This document shows positions 46,954 through 57,438 of a stretch of 64,000 nucleotides of DNA, in pieces. The notes beneath the pieces were generated by a model, which saw only the letters and a list, made by a program, of their open reading frames with translations, was not told where the DNA came from and did no database searches. Numbering within the stretch: position 1 is the first letter of the stretch; each line of letters begins with the position of its first letter. The stretch is from IMG/VR virus record IMGVR_UViG_3300045988_154277; one strand, given 5' to 3'. The DNA comes from a virus. The position numbers and the translations under genes were made by a program.

Positions 46954-48606
46954 TTAGTTCAAAACGAACTTGTTGAGATCATCGATCTGATAAGTTGAGA
47001 TCTTCGTACCATGCATGCTCTTCAGAGCATCCGTGGTGAAGGTCGATGTGATATCCACTGCATCCAATGCAAGATGCTTCGCATTCTTCTTCGCATAGAT
47101 GTCGCCCATGCACATGTAACAGAGTCCATGTTGGGCTTGACAATACATCGGAGAACGCACCAAACATGTCTTACCGACGAACTTCTCCATGTTCTGTTCT
47201 GTAAGAAGAACCCAGTTCGAACCATCTTGGATATAGGAACCAAGATAACGTCCGATCTTGTACTTCGAGAAATCCACAGTAAGTCCACGTGTGGTGTGAC
47301 AGTCCTGTTCTGATACGGTAAGGTCCTGAAGAACACGGGTGATGCCTTTGGTTAGTGCACCGCCGAGTTTCGTCTGGTCACCACGGTTGAACGAACCTTT
47401 ACGGGTCTCGTTCGCCATAGCAGGCATCGTCTCTGCGGTCATCCCTTCGGACAGAGAGTTCGGAATAAACACGAAGTTCCCAGTTGTCTTGGAGAACTCT
47501 TCCACACCACCGACCGTCAGATACATCTTCTTACGGGAGATGTTGAAGGGTTTGTCACCGAGCGGCCCATAGAATCGCATCACTTCATCATCTTTGAGAT
47601 AGTTCTTATCCATCGCGATCAAGGTATTCTCGATCTCCATGATGACGTTCGGATCGTTCAACTTATCCTTGTACTTCTCCATCAACTCTTGTTTCACTTT
47701 CCTCACATTCGGATCTGTGGTAAGTGATTTACGAGTATAAGTCGGTACACAGAGTTCAGTGAAGTGTCCGATGAAGTAGAGATCGTTCACATATTGCTTA
47801 TATGCGGATACCGGGATAGAACCGTCCAACATACCTTTGGCAACGATCGTATCGATATAACCGAGATCAAATACGGAGTTCTGATAAGAGATCTTGTCTT
47901 GGAATGGATGAACCAGAAGAAGGTAGTTCAATAAGAACCGACCTACGGTGGTAATCATCTCTTCCTTGCAGTTGATGATCTCACCGGGATTCAGTTGGAA
48001 CGTATCGATCTCACCGAATGCTCTCTGGATCCCGTTGTCCAGGTAGTTCAATGTGAACGAATATGTCTCCTGATCGATATCCGAGACATACACCAGACAG
48101 GACTGACTGCTACCCACAACGGATGCCAAGAACACATCTCCTTCTTGCAAAACACATTTCTGGAAGTGTGTTGCGTTGTAATTCGCAGAGGTGTAGTAAT
48201 CGAAGAGCTCTTGGTTCGTCTTGTTGTAGAGGTCTTTGCTGAACTGATCTGCTTCTTCTTTCTTCTCTGGAGAGAGAGCAAGGTAGTTCCTATACTGGAA
48301 CAGAAGATGGAAAAGACTATCGTTGAACGGATACACCAGTGCGATTTGTCGCATCGCGATCTGTTTCAAAACTTCATCGTCTGTGATATCTTGCTCTTGC
48401 AGAGGAATATACACCGCATCTTCCGGAGGTGTCTTCAATGTAACACGAACAGAATGACGTTCCGGTGTGATCGCTTCGCTCTCATACAGAGGGAAAACAG
48501 GACGTCCACCAACCTGTGTCATGATGTCGATCAAAAATGCACGTTCTAACAGACGTCTCTGGTACTTGATCAAAAACTCTTTCTTATGGATCGGAAGTTC
48601 CATCAC
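46954..48606 (-). CDS. multisubunit RNA polymerase beta' subunit, C-terminal fragment (trigger-loop region) with phage-specific N-terminal domain
   Basis: [31 protein letters not shown] like E. coli beta' [82 protein letters not shown] like [58 protein letters not shown]. Confidence 0.8.
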   Translation of the reverse strand: [550 protein letters not shown]

Positions 48607-49634
48607 TTAGTCCCTCCCAATAATGCTGTCCAAGGAACCTGACGATACAAGTCCCACATGAACCGATAGGTCTGCTCTGAAGCGATCCCTTGATACCGTT
48701 CCAGCTCCTTCTTCATCTTGGCTTCTGGAAGTTCGTCCAGGATCAGAGAGATTACGATCATCACAGCGACTTCATTCGCCAACTCAACCAACTGGTTTAT
48801 CTTCTTCAGATGTTCCCAATGCTCGATGTGATGATCATCTTTCAAATGATGTTGTTGAAGGAACCCAGGTTCTCCGATCTTCTCCTTCTCTTCATGGGAC
48901 AGTGAGTTCCATTTAGCGAAAAGAAGAACGGTATCCGGATGGAGCTTCTCTTTATCATACTGTTTGACAAGACGCATCAGTTTCGTTTTGTTCAACAGTC
49001 CTGTAAATCGATCCAAGATGTAGTTGACATATGCGGTAACCTTCTGTTCCCGTTCGGTCATTACCATCAAGAATTGTTTCACCATCGCAAGCTCATCCTC
49101 TTGGATCGGGATGGGATTCGGATCAGTGTTCATCTCCATCCTCAACTGGATGTTGACGAGATGCGATACCAGAGCATCCGTGCTGTACCAGTATTCGGTA
49201 CCACGATTGATGTACTCCCAAGCGATATCCGTTGGGAAGAGATCGTTGAAGTAAGCCGCGATCTCAAAAAGATAATCCTCAGGAAGATCGATGTTCTCGA
49301 TCATCGCATTGTACTCGGACAACTGTTGTTCATCGAAACTCTTCAGTACTCGATAGTAGTTGTCGAAGTCAAATTTGTGTGCGAGATAGAACATCGTTTC
49401 CAAATCGATAGAGGATTCCAACAACTCTTCTACTGAGAAGTTGGAGTGGATGCCGATCTCTTCCAGGAGATCGAGAACCAGAGTGATCGCTGTATTAAGA
49501 AGATACTGAGGAGTGATCTCCTCAACGTTCTCAACTTCAGCGATGTACCTCTGTTCTTCAAAATAATCGTTGATCCCAGGTGACACGGCACGGCACCTGA
49601 AGATCAACTGTTCAATATAAGGATCGGGTTGCAT
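48603..49634 (-). CDS. hypothetical protein (343 aa), translationally coupled (ATGA overlap) to beta'-C
   Basis: ORF; no beta-subunit motifs seen; possibly a phage-specific RNAP-associated subunit (inference). Confidence 0.6.
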   Translation of the reverse strand: MQPDPYIEQLIFRCRAVSPGINDYFEEQRYIAEVENVEEITPQYLLNTAITLVLDLLEEIGIHSNFSVEELLESSIDLETMFYLAHKFDFDNYYRVLKSFDEQQLSEYNAMIENIDLPEDYLFEIAAYFNDLFPTDIAWEYINRGTEYWYSTDALVSHLVNIQLRMEMNTDPNPIPIQEDELAMVKQFLMVMTEREQKVTAYVNYILDRFTGLLNKTKLMRLVKQYDKEKLHPDTVLLFAKWNSLSHEEKEKIGEPGFLQQHHLKDDHHIEHWEHLKKINQLVELANEVAVMIVISLILDELPEAKMKKELERYQGIASEQTYRFMWDLYRQVPWTALLGGTK

Positions 49635-49664
49635 CGTTGTCTCCTATTTTGGCATAGGATGTGC

Positions 49665-50147
49665 CTACCGTGTAGACTTATGGTGATCATCAGCACTCTT
49701 CTGTGCGTAGTAATCGCAGATGCGATTCGCATTAGACCTGTAGTCTTTGCGAAAGGTATGGGCTTTTACCCACTCTGCTTTTACGTTGTGTACTTGCATG
49801 AGATCGTAAAGTCGTTTGACTAGATCGAGATTCGCAACAGGAGTACCACCTTTGGTAATCCAGTTGTTTCGTTTCCAACCATAGATCCACCCGTTGATCG
49901 TGTTGACGACCAACTTGCTATCTGCGATCACTTTCACATTACAAGGCTCGGTCAACTCTTCCAAACCGTGGATCACTCCTGTCAACTCCATCCTGGAGAT
50001 CGTTGTATCTTGATCACTGGATGTCACCAGTTTCCAATGTGGCCAGTACACCAATAGAGAAGTCCAGCCACCGGCATTCAACTTCCCTTTCCAAGAACCA
50101 TCCGTGAATAGTTCTACTGTTTTCAATTTCGGATCATGTTTTCGCAT
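49665..50147 (-). CDS. rnhA: ribonuclease H (RNase HI-like)
   Basis: TDGS, MELTGVIHGLE (compare MELMAAIVALE), C-terminal D..H; start refined to MRKHD with AAGAGGTGAATCT RBS. Confidence 0.75.
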   Translation of the reverse strand: MRKHDPKLKTVELFTDGSWKGKLNAGGWTSLLVYWPHWKLVTSSDQDTTISRMELTGVIHGLEELTEPCNVKVIADSKLVVNTINGWIYGWKRNNWITKGGTPVANLDLVKRLYDLMQVHNVKAEWVKAHTFRKDYRSNANRICDYYAQKSADDHHKSTR

Positions 50148-50233
50148 AGATTCACCTCTTACGTTCACAGCATGTTGTAGACAGAAAAGATACTACTCTA
50201 CCAGGGACTACACCCTGGTAGAGTAGTGGATAC

Positions 50234-52090
50234 TTACATCTGTCGGAACTGTGATTCCGTCACGATCTGGATCCCGTAGCGTCTGGCTTTCACCAGTTTC
50301 GTACTTTCATCCTCTTGTTCTTCATCCGGAACAACGAGTAATGAGAGATCTTTTGTGACAGCAGGTACTGGTTGATAACCTTTGGATCTGGCATAAGCTT
50401 CCAACTCAGATCTTGGGGCACTCATTTTACCTGTGAAACAGATCGTCATGTCGAAGTTCTGACCAACACTGTTGAGATTGGTGCAGAGCATCAGACAGAG
50501 AGCCAGATTCTGAACATTCTCAGAATAGGACAACCATCTCACAAGGGACAATCCTGTTTCACCAAACGATTGAAACTTCTCTAAAGCGTGTTCCGTTGAA
50601 AGCGTTGTAAGATCTTCGATCGAACAAACGGTCAACAGCATCGCTGCGTTAGCTTTGCTGATCCTCGGGATCCCTAACGCTGACAGCAGCATCGCAGGTG
50701 TTGCTGTCCGAAGAGCGTTCTGGATCGAAGCATACAACTTTGTCGCTACCTTAGGTGATACGTCCGCGTAAGAACATAGTCCTTCCAAGGAGATAGACAG
50801 AAGTTGATGCAACTGCAACACCTTGTTGGATACCAGGTTCATAAGTACTACCTTCCCGAAACCATCCAGCTTCAGCTCCTTCGCTGCTTTGCGAAGGATC
50901 GCCAATGCAACACCAGGACAATCAGGGTTGGTGCAAACCAACTCTACATCTTCCTGATGAGTCGGATGTCCACACGATGGGCAGGTATGTGGTATCATCA
51001 GTTCACCTTGGTTACGGACATGATCTTCCACACAGATGTGAGGAACAACATCACCCGCTCGTTCCACCTTGACGATATCTCCGAGTCTGAAATCATTCTT
51101 GATCACATACGCCAGGTTGAACAACGATGCTTGCTGTATCGTGACATTCCCGATCTTCACAGGATCGATGATGCCTTTCGGAGTGATACTCCGCATCCCA
51201 ACATTCCACTCGATCCCACGTAAGGTAGAAGTCTGAGACTCATTGGCGAACTTGAACGCCATCATCCCTCTTGGATGGTGTTGTGTTGCACCAAGTTCTT
51301 GAATCTTGGATATATCACCAAGTTTGATCACCATCCCATCCGTCGGATAGTTTAGTTCTTCCACATCCAAGACAAGTTTATCCCACTCTTCTGGATCCTC
51401 CAACATATTCAACGTCATGATCGTTGAATAGAAGGTGTAATCCACGAATGTCAGGATCTTCTTGCCTTTCAGATCAGGAAGTGGTTCTTTGGATGCCAGG
51501 ATGCCCGCAACCGTATTCCTCTGTGTATTATATTTTTCACCATTCTGTTTCAGGATCTTACCAGAGAGGAAGTACTCTTCGAAGTCCTCATCTGTGATGA
51601 TGATCTCACCATAGAACGGTGTGTTCAGAAGAAGCAACTGTATTGCTTTGTTAGGATGTCTCATCGCCTGTAACAAAACAGTTGAAGTTGTCTTTACTTC
51701 GATCAGAGGCAACTTGCTAGTGATATCCTCTCCGACATGTCCATCTCCTCTGGTGCTCAGTTGCCAACCACGAGTTGTGTAGACCAGTTTACCTGCGATC
51801 CCATCATACTTCGGTTGCACTACGAACGTGCTGTCTTCTCGTCCAACACTCTTGCACCACTTGACGATCTCTTCGTGCGTGTAGCGTTTGTCCAGAGAGA
51901 GCATCGGTGGATTGTGGATCACAGAGCCTTTCTCTCCTCCGATATAGGTGAGTCTTGGATCATCAGGATCCAAGACACGAAGTTGTTCGATCAACTTATC
52001 ATACTCCTGATCGGAGATGATGGGTTGGTGATCGGTCCAATATTTCACATTGGCTTCATCGATCTTCTTCCGTAAAGTGTCAATGTCCAT
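50234..52090 (-). CDS. ligA: NAD-dependent DNA ligase (LigA-like)
   Basis: adenylation KxDG motif VVQPKYDGIAG; Zn-finger CPSCGHP...CTNPDCP; N-terminal NAD-binding-like region; AAGGAG RBS. Confidence 0.85.
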   Translation of the reverse strand: MDIDTLRKKIDEANVKYWTDHQPIISDQEYDKLIEQLRVLDPDDPRLTYIGGEKGSVIHNPPMLSLDKRYTHEEIVKWCKSVGREDSTFVVQPKYDGIAGKLVYTTRGWQLSTRGDGHVGEDITSKLPLIEVKTTSTVLLQAMRHPNKAIQLLLLNTPFYGEIIITDEDFEEYFLSGKILKQNGEKYNTQRNTVAGILASKEPLPDLKGKKILTFVDYTFYSTIMTLNMLEDPEEWDKLVLDVEELNYPTDGMVIKLGDISKIQELGATQHHPRGMMAFKFANESQTSTLRGIEWNVGMRSITPKGIIDPVKIGNVTIQQASLFNLAYVIKNDFRLGDIVKVERAGDVVPHICVEDHVRNQGELMIPHTCPSCGHPTHQEDVELVCTNPDCPGVALAILRKAAKELKLDGFGKVVLMNLVSNKVLQLHQLLSISLEGLCSYADVSPKVATKLYASIQNALRTATPAMLLSALGIPRISKANAAMLLTVCSIEDLTTLSTEHALEKFQSFGETGLSLVRWLSYSENVQNLALCLMLCTNLNSVGQNFDMTICFTGKMSAPRSELEAYARSKGYQPVPAVTKDLSLLVVPDEEQEDESTKLVKARRYGIQIVTESQFRQM

Positions 52091-52142
52091 AGAGAACTCC
52101 TTCTAGTTGTATATTTTACGTAGTATGCTCAATTTTCCTCAA

Positions 52143-52162
52143 GTTGTAATATATACGTAAAG
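52143..52162 (-). promoter_or_regulatory. promoter-like motif (sense: TTTACGTATATATTACAAC)
   Basis: recurrent motif about 55 nt upstream of the ligase ATG. Confidence 0.5.
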
Positions 52163-52208
52163 CATAGTTGAGTATACTGGTAAGTGGATACCAGTATACT
52201 CAGGAAGA

Positions 52209-53516
52209 TTATTTCATTCTAGAGATCATCGTTTTAATCTGTGCTTTAGCCCAATTCAGTTCACCCAATGTCGGTACGTATTTCTTTTCATTGCCGTAAG
52301 CACGACGTTCTTCCTGATCATCGTTACTTCGATTTTTATCAAACTGTTTATAGTTTTGACCATCCGACAGATGAGTGCATTCATGTACGATCGTGACTAG
52401 CATCAAGCGAGCTGCACGTTCAATTCCATCAGGTGAAATATCTCTTAAGAGATATCTAGCATTGATCCAAAGGTCTCTTGCACCGATAGATCCATAACTT
52501 GCATGACACCAACCAATGATTGTATTGTTATCATCAGTAGGCCAGGTATTCGGCTCCTTCGTCGTCACAATAATGTTATCAACACGAACAGAATCTCCTA
52601 TGATCTGTTCAATGTGACGATGAAAACCTGGATCGATCGTTGTGGTATAATGTAACGTAAACCCTGAGTTATCGTAGATCTTTCCGATCCTGATCATGAT
52701 CCCAGGTAACGGTTCCAAGATGTTGGATATCGATACCGTAATGTATCCTAATGTCTTAATACACTCCAACACAACATTCTTCAAATCAGATACTGTTCTA
52801 GGAGAGGTATCCGGTATCATCAAAAAGTCGTATGTTGTAGCTGATGAAACATTTACAAGTTGTGCTGTTCCACGAATCAACTTGGAAGTTAATGAAACTA
52901 CATCAGTCACAGTTTCAGCCTTATCGATCAGATACCGTACTTCACTTACGTTCTCAGAAAGGGCGATCGCCTGAACTTCTAAGAAGTTCAGATAATCAAC
53001 GATCCTTCTACAAACAGAACAACATTTCGACTTCATGATCCGAATCGATCGATCTCGTTCCAATACCAACTCGTGCCAGATCTGGAACCAACCACTGATA
53101 TCACGACTGATCTTCTGTCCATTATCCTGAGTTACTTGAATCGGTAACTTCTCACGGAAGCCTTTTAGATGTTCAAAGATCTCTTCCACATTGTAAGGTA
53201 TGAAGATCTCTTTATCCTCAAACGAAGAAACTCGATAATGTGTTGATGTGATCGAATGAATAAACGTACTACGTCGGTTCGAGACCAACCCGAAGATAGT
53301 TGCTTTCAGATATTTGACGAACGTGATGAATTTGTGTAAGAGATCTAACACTTTCTGTTTTAACCAACTGAGGAACTTTTGAAATCCATCAGAGAGTTCT
53401 GTCAAAAGACTTTCTTGTCCGTAGTCCAATTGATCTTGAAAAACCTGTGCTTGTACAATTACATCGTTGGCTGCAAAAACAAGATCTTGTGCTGACTGTT
53501 CAAAAGGGGTAAGCAT
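52209..53516 (-). CDS. hypothetical protein with HExxH motif (TIVHECTHL), possible metallopeptidase-like
   Basis: start refined to MLTPFEQ with TAAGGAGAACTATG RBS. Confidence 0.5.
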   Translation of the reverse strand: MLTPFEQSAQDLVFAANDVIVQAQVFQDQLDYGQESLLTELSDGFQKFLSWLKQKVLDLLHKFITFVKYLKATIFGLVSNRRSTFIHSITSTHYRVSSFEDKEIFIPYNVEEIFEHLKGFREKLPIQVTQDNGQKISRDISGWFQIWHELVLERDRSIRIMKSKCCSVCRRIVDYLNFLEVQAIALSENVSEVRYLIDKAETVTDVVSLTSKLIRGTAQLVNVSSATTYDFLMIPDTSPRTVSDLKNVVLECIKTLGYITVSISNILEPLPGIMIRIGKIYDNSGFTLHYTTTIDPGFHRHIEQIIGDSVRVDNIIVTTKEPNTWPTDDNNTIIGWCHASYGSIGARDLWINARYLLRDISPDGIERAARLMLVTIVHECTHLSDGQNYKQFDKNRSNDDQEERRAYGNEKKYVPTLGELNWAKAQIKTMISRMK

Positions 53517-53524
53517 AGTTCTCC

Positions 53525-54031
53525 TTATCGTTGTTTTGTGATGAGATATCGGATCCATGCAATCTGATCATCTCTTAGTTGCCACTTCGGAACCACTGTC
53601 TCAATGTTATCATCAATCTCAATGATATCTGATTCAGTTTCATGAAACACGACTCGATGTGCTGGATGGTTTGTGATGTATGAGAAAACAACATCCATAT
53701 TGCGTTGTACAGGTATCACATTCACGTACTTTGTTGGGTTAGACTTTGGTTCAATAACCATAAAACTCTTGTAACGACAAATCACATCGAACTGATCAAT
53801 CATGAGGTCTGATGATTTACATCGATAAGAGAATCGATCACCTGGAACGCTACCAAGTGACTCGTGATAGTTGATGATAAGCGTATCTTGATCGATAACC
53901 ACCGTATCAATGATATCACAGCATGTCCCATAAAAACACAGATCATGTGGAAATGATAGTTCCATACACACCTCCTTATGCAAAAAAAGAAACACTAGTG
54001 AGTAACTACTCACTAGTGTATGATGTTTCAC
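53525..54031 (-). CDS. hypothetical protein (168 aa)
   Basis: ORF. Confidence 0.55.
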   Translation of the reverse strand: MKHHTLVSSYSLVFLFLHKEVCMELSFPHDLCFYGTCCDIIDTVVIDQDTLIINYHESLGSVPGDRFSYRCKSSDLMIDQFDVICRYKSFMVIEPKSNPTKYVNVIPVQRNMDVVFSYITNHPAHRVVFHETESDIIEIDDNIETVVPKWQLRDDQIAWIRYLITKQR

Positions 54032-54110
54032 TCGCGTTTCTTAGATTTACGATCGCGTATTTTTCTTACATTCGGCGATGATCCAATCAAACATCTCAAC
54101 CTCCTTTCTA

Positions 54111-54656
54111 TTACAGTTTCCATCTCCCTTTTCCCATAACAGATTGCACGATCGACCTGTGCAGTTTAGAATTATCAGGAAGATGCATTCCGATCTCGTA
54201 CGGGATCGTGATACTGAACGCAGTATCGTCATGTATCCCATGTTCCGGACCATGAGACGGGATGGACACTCCCGTTACACGATAACAGTAGTTTGAATCG
54301 TCATACGTTATATCGGATGCTGTTGTGTGGAACATCAGATACTTCGGTTCCAGAGAGGGTATTTGTTCGAGACAGTTCCTCAAGACCTCTGTATCCACAA
54401 GAACATAGTGACCGAAACCATCATGGAAGCACCTGAAATCAATTAAGATCTGAGCTGCTTGCAGGCAGTAATACGTGTACTTCCGGTAGATCGTATCGAA
54501 GAAATCATCATTGTGTTTCAGACCCAACGCACGTGTGATCTTCTGGTTTTGCCATCCGTAAGCATCCACATATGCGATCTGGTTCATTTTCTCAACCAGA
54601 CGTTTCAGTTCTTGGATCTTATCCGAATCAGCATTCGTGTTAGAACAAGTGCTCAT
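54111..54656 (-). CDS. hypothetical protein (about 181 aa)
   Basis: start refined to MSTCSNT with GGAAGGGAGTGG RBS. Confidence 0.55.
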   Translation of the reverse strand: MSTCSNTNADSDKIQELKRLVEKMNQIAYVDAYGWQNQKITRALGLKHNDDFFDTIYRKYTYYCLQAAQILIDFRCFHDGFGHYVLVDTEVLRNCLEQIPSLEPKYLMFHTTASDITYDDSNYCYRVTGVSIPSHGPEHGIHDDTAFSITIPYEIGMHLPDNSKLHRSIVQSVMGKGRWKL

Positions 54657-54927
54657 CGTAACCACTCCCTTCCAAGTCATCATTTAGACTTAATTCACCT
54701 TCGATGTAGTCGTTGTCGATCCCTTCGTCCAACTCCACATACTCAGGCTGCAGGTTATCATCCTCCCTGATGATCTCAGGGGTATCATCTGACGATGCGC
54801 TGATCTCCACCATCTGATCCGGTACTTGTTCACTAGAACAAGTAGGACAGAACATGTAGTCAACGACATCGTCGAACTCCTCTGTGTCATACCAGCGATG
54901 ACACTTACAACATTTGAAATAGCTCAT
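54640..54927 (-). CDS. zinc-ribbon protein with long acidic C-terminal tail (95 aa), paralog of 60500-60751
   Basis: MSYFKCCKCHRWYDTEEFDD...CPTCSS followed by a D/E-rich tail; AAAGGAAAG RBS. Confidence 0.6.
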   Translation of the reverse strand: MSYFKCCKCHRWYDTEEFDDVVDYMFCPTCSSEQVPDQMVEISASSDDTPEIIREDDNLQPEYVELDEGIDNDYIEGELSLNDDLEGSGYDEHLF

Positions 54928-55714
54928 GTATCTTTCCTTTCGGGATCCAAGTCATCCCTTTTGTTAAGTACGTCATACCGGTAATATTCGCATCTACGAA
55001 CCATTTGTGGCTGATGTCGATACTGGATGATGATCGTTTACCATCCGCTCTTTTGAATACGATCTTGAGTCGATCCATCCGGTCATCCCACTTAAGAGAG
55101 TAGTGTTTGCGTGTCTCATCATCGAGCGACTGCATGATGATATCACAGCAGTCGCTCTCAGAGTAGTGTGATGTACTGTTTTGATAATACCAGATGTAGA
55201 AGAAGCGTTGGAGATCCTCCTCCAACGCACCATAGTGTTTGGTCCACTCTCCAGTCGTATCACGACTGGGTTGACTATGTCCCAACTCACACAACTTCTT
55301 GAAATGATGCGATATATGCTCCAAATAGTTGTCGTATCTATCAAGATGTAAATACTGATTCACATCTTCGATCTGAACACGATGCCCGACAACGCTGTTG
55401 TCTTTCGTGTAGAGTTCACAATAAACGAAACGATGATCTCGTTCATACTTACGTGACTCTTTATACGGTTGGATGAAACACTTGCAGGTACCACTCACAG
55501 GATCCCAATCGACGCTGGTTATGATATCGTACTTCGGGTTGTCATCTTGGAACGCATCTACGATGATGGATAGGAAAGTGTGATGTAAACACACTTCCAT
55601 TTCCATCTCATCTTTACACTCCGGAAGTGGACTGCCTTCACATGCAATGCATGCTTTGACAACCACATCTTTCAAAGCTTGTAACGTTTTGACGATCTTC
55701 TGTTCTCTTGTCAT
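54905..55714 (-). CDS. hypothetical protein (269 aa), possible distant member of the downstream paralog family
   Basis: HRFVYCELYTKDNSVVGHRVQIEDV and KWDDRMDRLKIVFKRADGKR echo the family motifs. Confidence 0.55.
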   Translation of the reverse strand: MTREQKIVKTLQALKDVVVKACIACEGSPLPECKDEMEMEVCLHHTFLSIIVDAFQDDNPKYDIITSVDWDPVSGTCKCFIQPYKESRKYERDHRFVYCELYTKDNSVVGHRVQIEDVNQYLHLDRYDNYLEHISHHFKKLCELGHSQPSRDTTGEWTKHYGALEEDLQRFFYIWYYQNSTSHYSESDCCDIIMQSLDDETRKHYSLKWDDRMDRLKIVFKRADGKRSSSSIDISHKWFVDANITGMTYLTKGMTWIPKGKIHELFQML

Positions 55715-55789
55715 AGTTTACTCCTTCGTGCATAATGTTAAGTTTGACGTATAGAGCGGGATGATACTATCCCGCTCTATACACAGTAA

Positions 55790-56488
55790 TCATCGATTGA
55801 TATTGATCAACGTGTACCAATGCTTTTTGATCTTGATCGGTACTTCGTGCAACACTCCATAGAACGAGAGTGTGAGATGTCTCTGCTTGGGATACCGTGC
55901 CAAATAACACTGCATCGTCTGACACACCTCAAGGTGCTCTTTCAGATACTTGATGAATGCAGGATATCCATCCACAAGTCCGATACACTCCATATGACTG
56001 TAGATATCCTGGAACTCTTCGTTGAGTTCACGAACAGTTAAGTTCGTATCCCCGCAGATCGCTTCTTGTATGTGTGCATTCAACTGATTGATTTGCTTGT
56101 CCAAAATACCGATCGGAAAGAATCGGCAGATGGACTCGATCTGCAAACGATATCCTACAATCAAACCACGACTCATCGATCTATAAGATCCAACGAAGAT
56201 CTGTCCATACACGAACTGATCAAAATCACGATCCGCATCGACAGGTCTGAGGTAGAACGTATAGGTGTTCCTCCAGGTATCCCATTTCCCATCATATTCG
56301 ATATTGATGGTTGGGAATTTAGTCTCCAGCTGATGTATCACGTTCATCAATGAACTACGGAGCTGCCCTTCTATGCTACGAGTATCAACACCCGTTAACG
56401 GACAATACATCAAAATATTGATATGAGCACTTATGGTGTTCCGTATGGTGCCCACGATCAATGATTCTTTCAATGTTACTTGTTCCAT
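55790..56488 (-). CDS. hypothetical protein (232 aa), possible distant family member
   Basis: FVYGQIFVGSYRSMSRGLIVGYRLQIESICRFFP resembles the H-x-[FY]-[VL]-Y-G core. Confidence 0.55.
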   Translation of the reverse strand: MEQVTLKESLIVGTIRNTISAHINILMYCPLTGVDTRSIEGQLRSSLMNVIHQLETKFPTINIEYDGKWDTWRNTYTFYLRPVDADRDFDQFVYGQIFVGSYRSMSRGLIVGYRLQIESICRFFPIGILDKQINQLNAHIQEAICGDTNLTVRELNEEFQDIYSHMECIGLVDGYPAFIKYLKEHLEVCQTMQCYLARYPKQRHLTLSFYGVLHEVPIKIKKHWYTLININR

Positions 56489-56501
56489 TTTGATATTCCT
56501 T

Positions 56502-57029
56502 TCACTGTAACTGTTTAATGCAATCTGTTAGAGCTGCTTCCAACCGCGGGTTGTGATAACGCTCACCAAGTTGCAAGACGGAGTTGATCTCTTCCTGTGA
56601 CAAAACACGCATGAACTTCGTATCTGCTTTGAGACACTGGTGTTCATCGAAATAATGAGATAACCATGCGATTTCGTGTACATTATCTGTACGAAAATCC
56701 GATGGATCGAGGATCTCTACATCGACTCCAAAATCAGACGGATCAGAACCATCACACCCGAAGATGTGATAATACGAGCCATCGATACGTGCGTAATAAT
56801 GATTGTACGTACCACGCAATACCTCCTTCCGTAATGTATGGTACGGGGTTCCTTCTAACATCATCCCTACACCAACGATGTGACTATCGTAATGGTGAAA
56901 TGCTGTACAAAGGATCTGAGCGAACCGAAAGCACTGTCCGTTCGCATAGATGAGTTCATGCCATAGTCCGACACTCGGTTGTTCCTTCGGATGGAACAAC
57001 TCGATGAAATCTATCACCTCCTGATGCAT
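56502..57029 (-). CDS. hypothetical protein (175 aa)
   Basis: ORF. Confidence 0.55.
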   Translation of the reverse strand: MHQEVIDFIELFHPKEQPSVGLWHELIYANGQCFRFAQILCTAFHHYDSHIVGVGMMLEGTPYHTLRKEVLRGTYNHYYARIDGSYYHIFGCDGSDPSDFGVDVEILDPSDFRTDNVHEIAWLSHYFDEHQCLKADTKFMRVLSQEEINSVLQLGERYHNPRLEAALTDCIKQLQ

Positions 57030-57036
57030 ATTCCAT

Positions 57037-57423
57037 TCACTCCTCTGGATAGATCCAACTCAAGTTGATACCCTGTCCTCGATATAAGACCTGTTTGGTC
57101 GGATAACGACCTCCGAGTAACTCTATGATCATCATTGCAGTATCCGGAAGTCCAGCATACCGGAACTTCACGTATTGACACCATTTATCACTGTGACGTG
57201 AAGTATAGATCTGCTGGAACGTCAAAAGACGTTCCGGATGTTGAATATTGAGTTCACTTACATAATGCTCAAGAGCATCATTCACTTTTGAATGAGTGGT
57301 CCTCTCAATAAACTCCATCTCGGTCTCATACTCAAACGGTTTAAACGAGTCAACCAAATGGCGTCTCAGATCAGTAAGGTTGATCTGATCTTTCAGTTGT
57401 TGTGATATCGTAAGTTCTTCCAT
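57037..57423 (-). CDS. hypothetical protein (128 aa)
   Basis: ORF. Confidence 0.55.
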   Translation of the reverse strand: MEELTISQQLKDQINLTDLRRHLVDSFKPFEYETEMEFIERTTHSKVNDALEHYVSELNIQHPERLLTFQQIYTSRHSDKWCQYVKFRYAGLPDTAMMIIELLGGRYPTKQVLYRGQGINLSWIYPEE

Positions 57424-57438
57424 GATGAAGTCTCCTTG

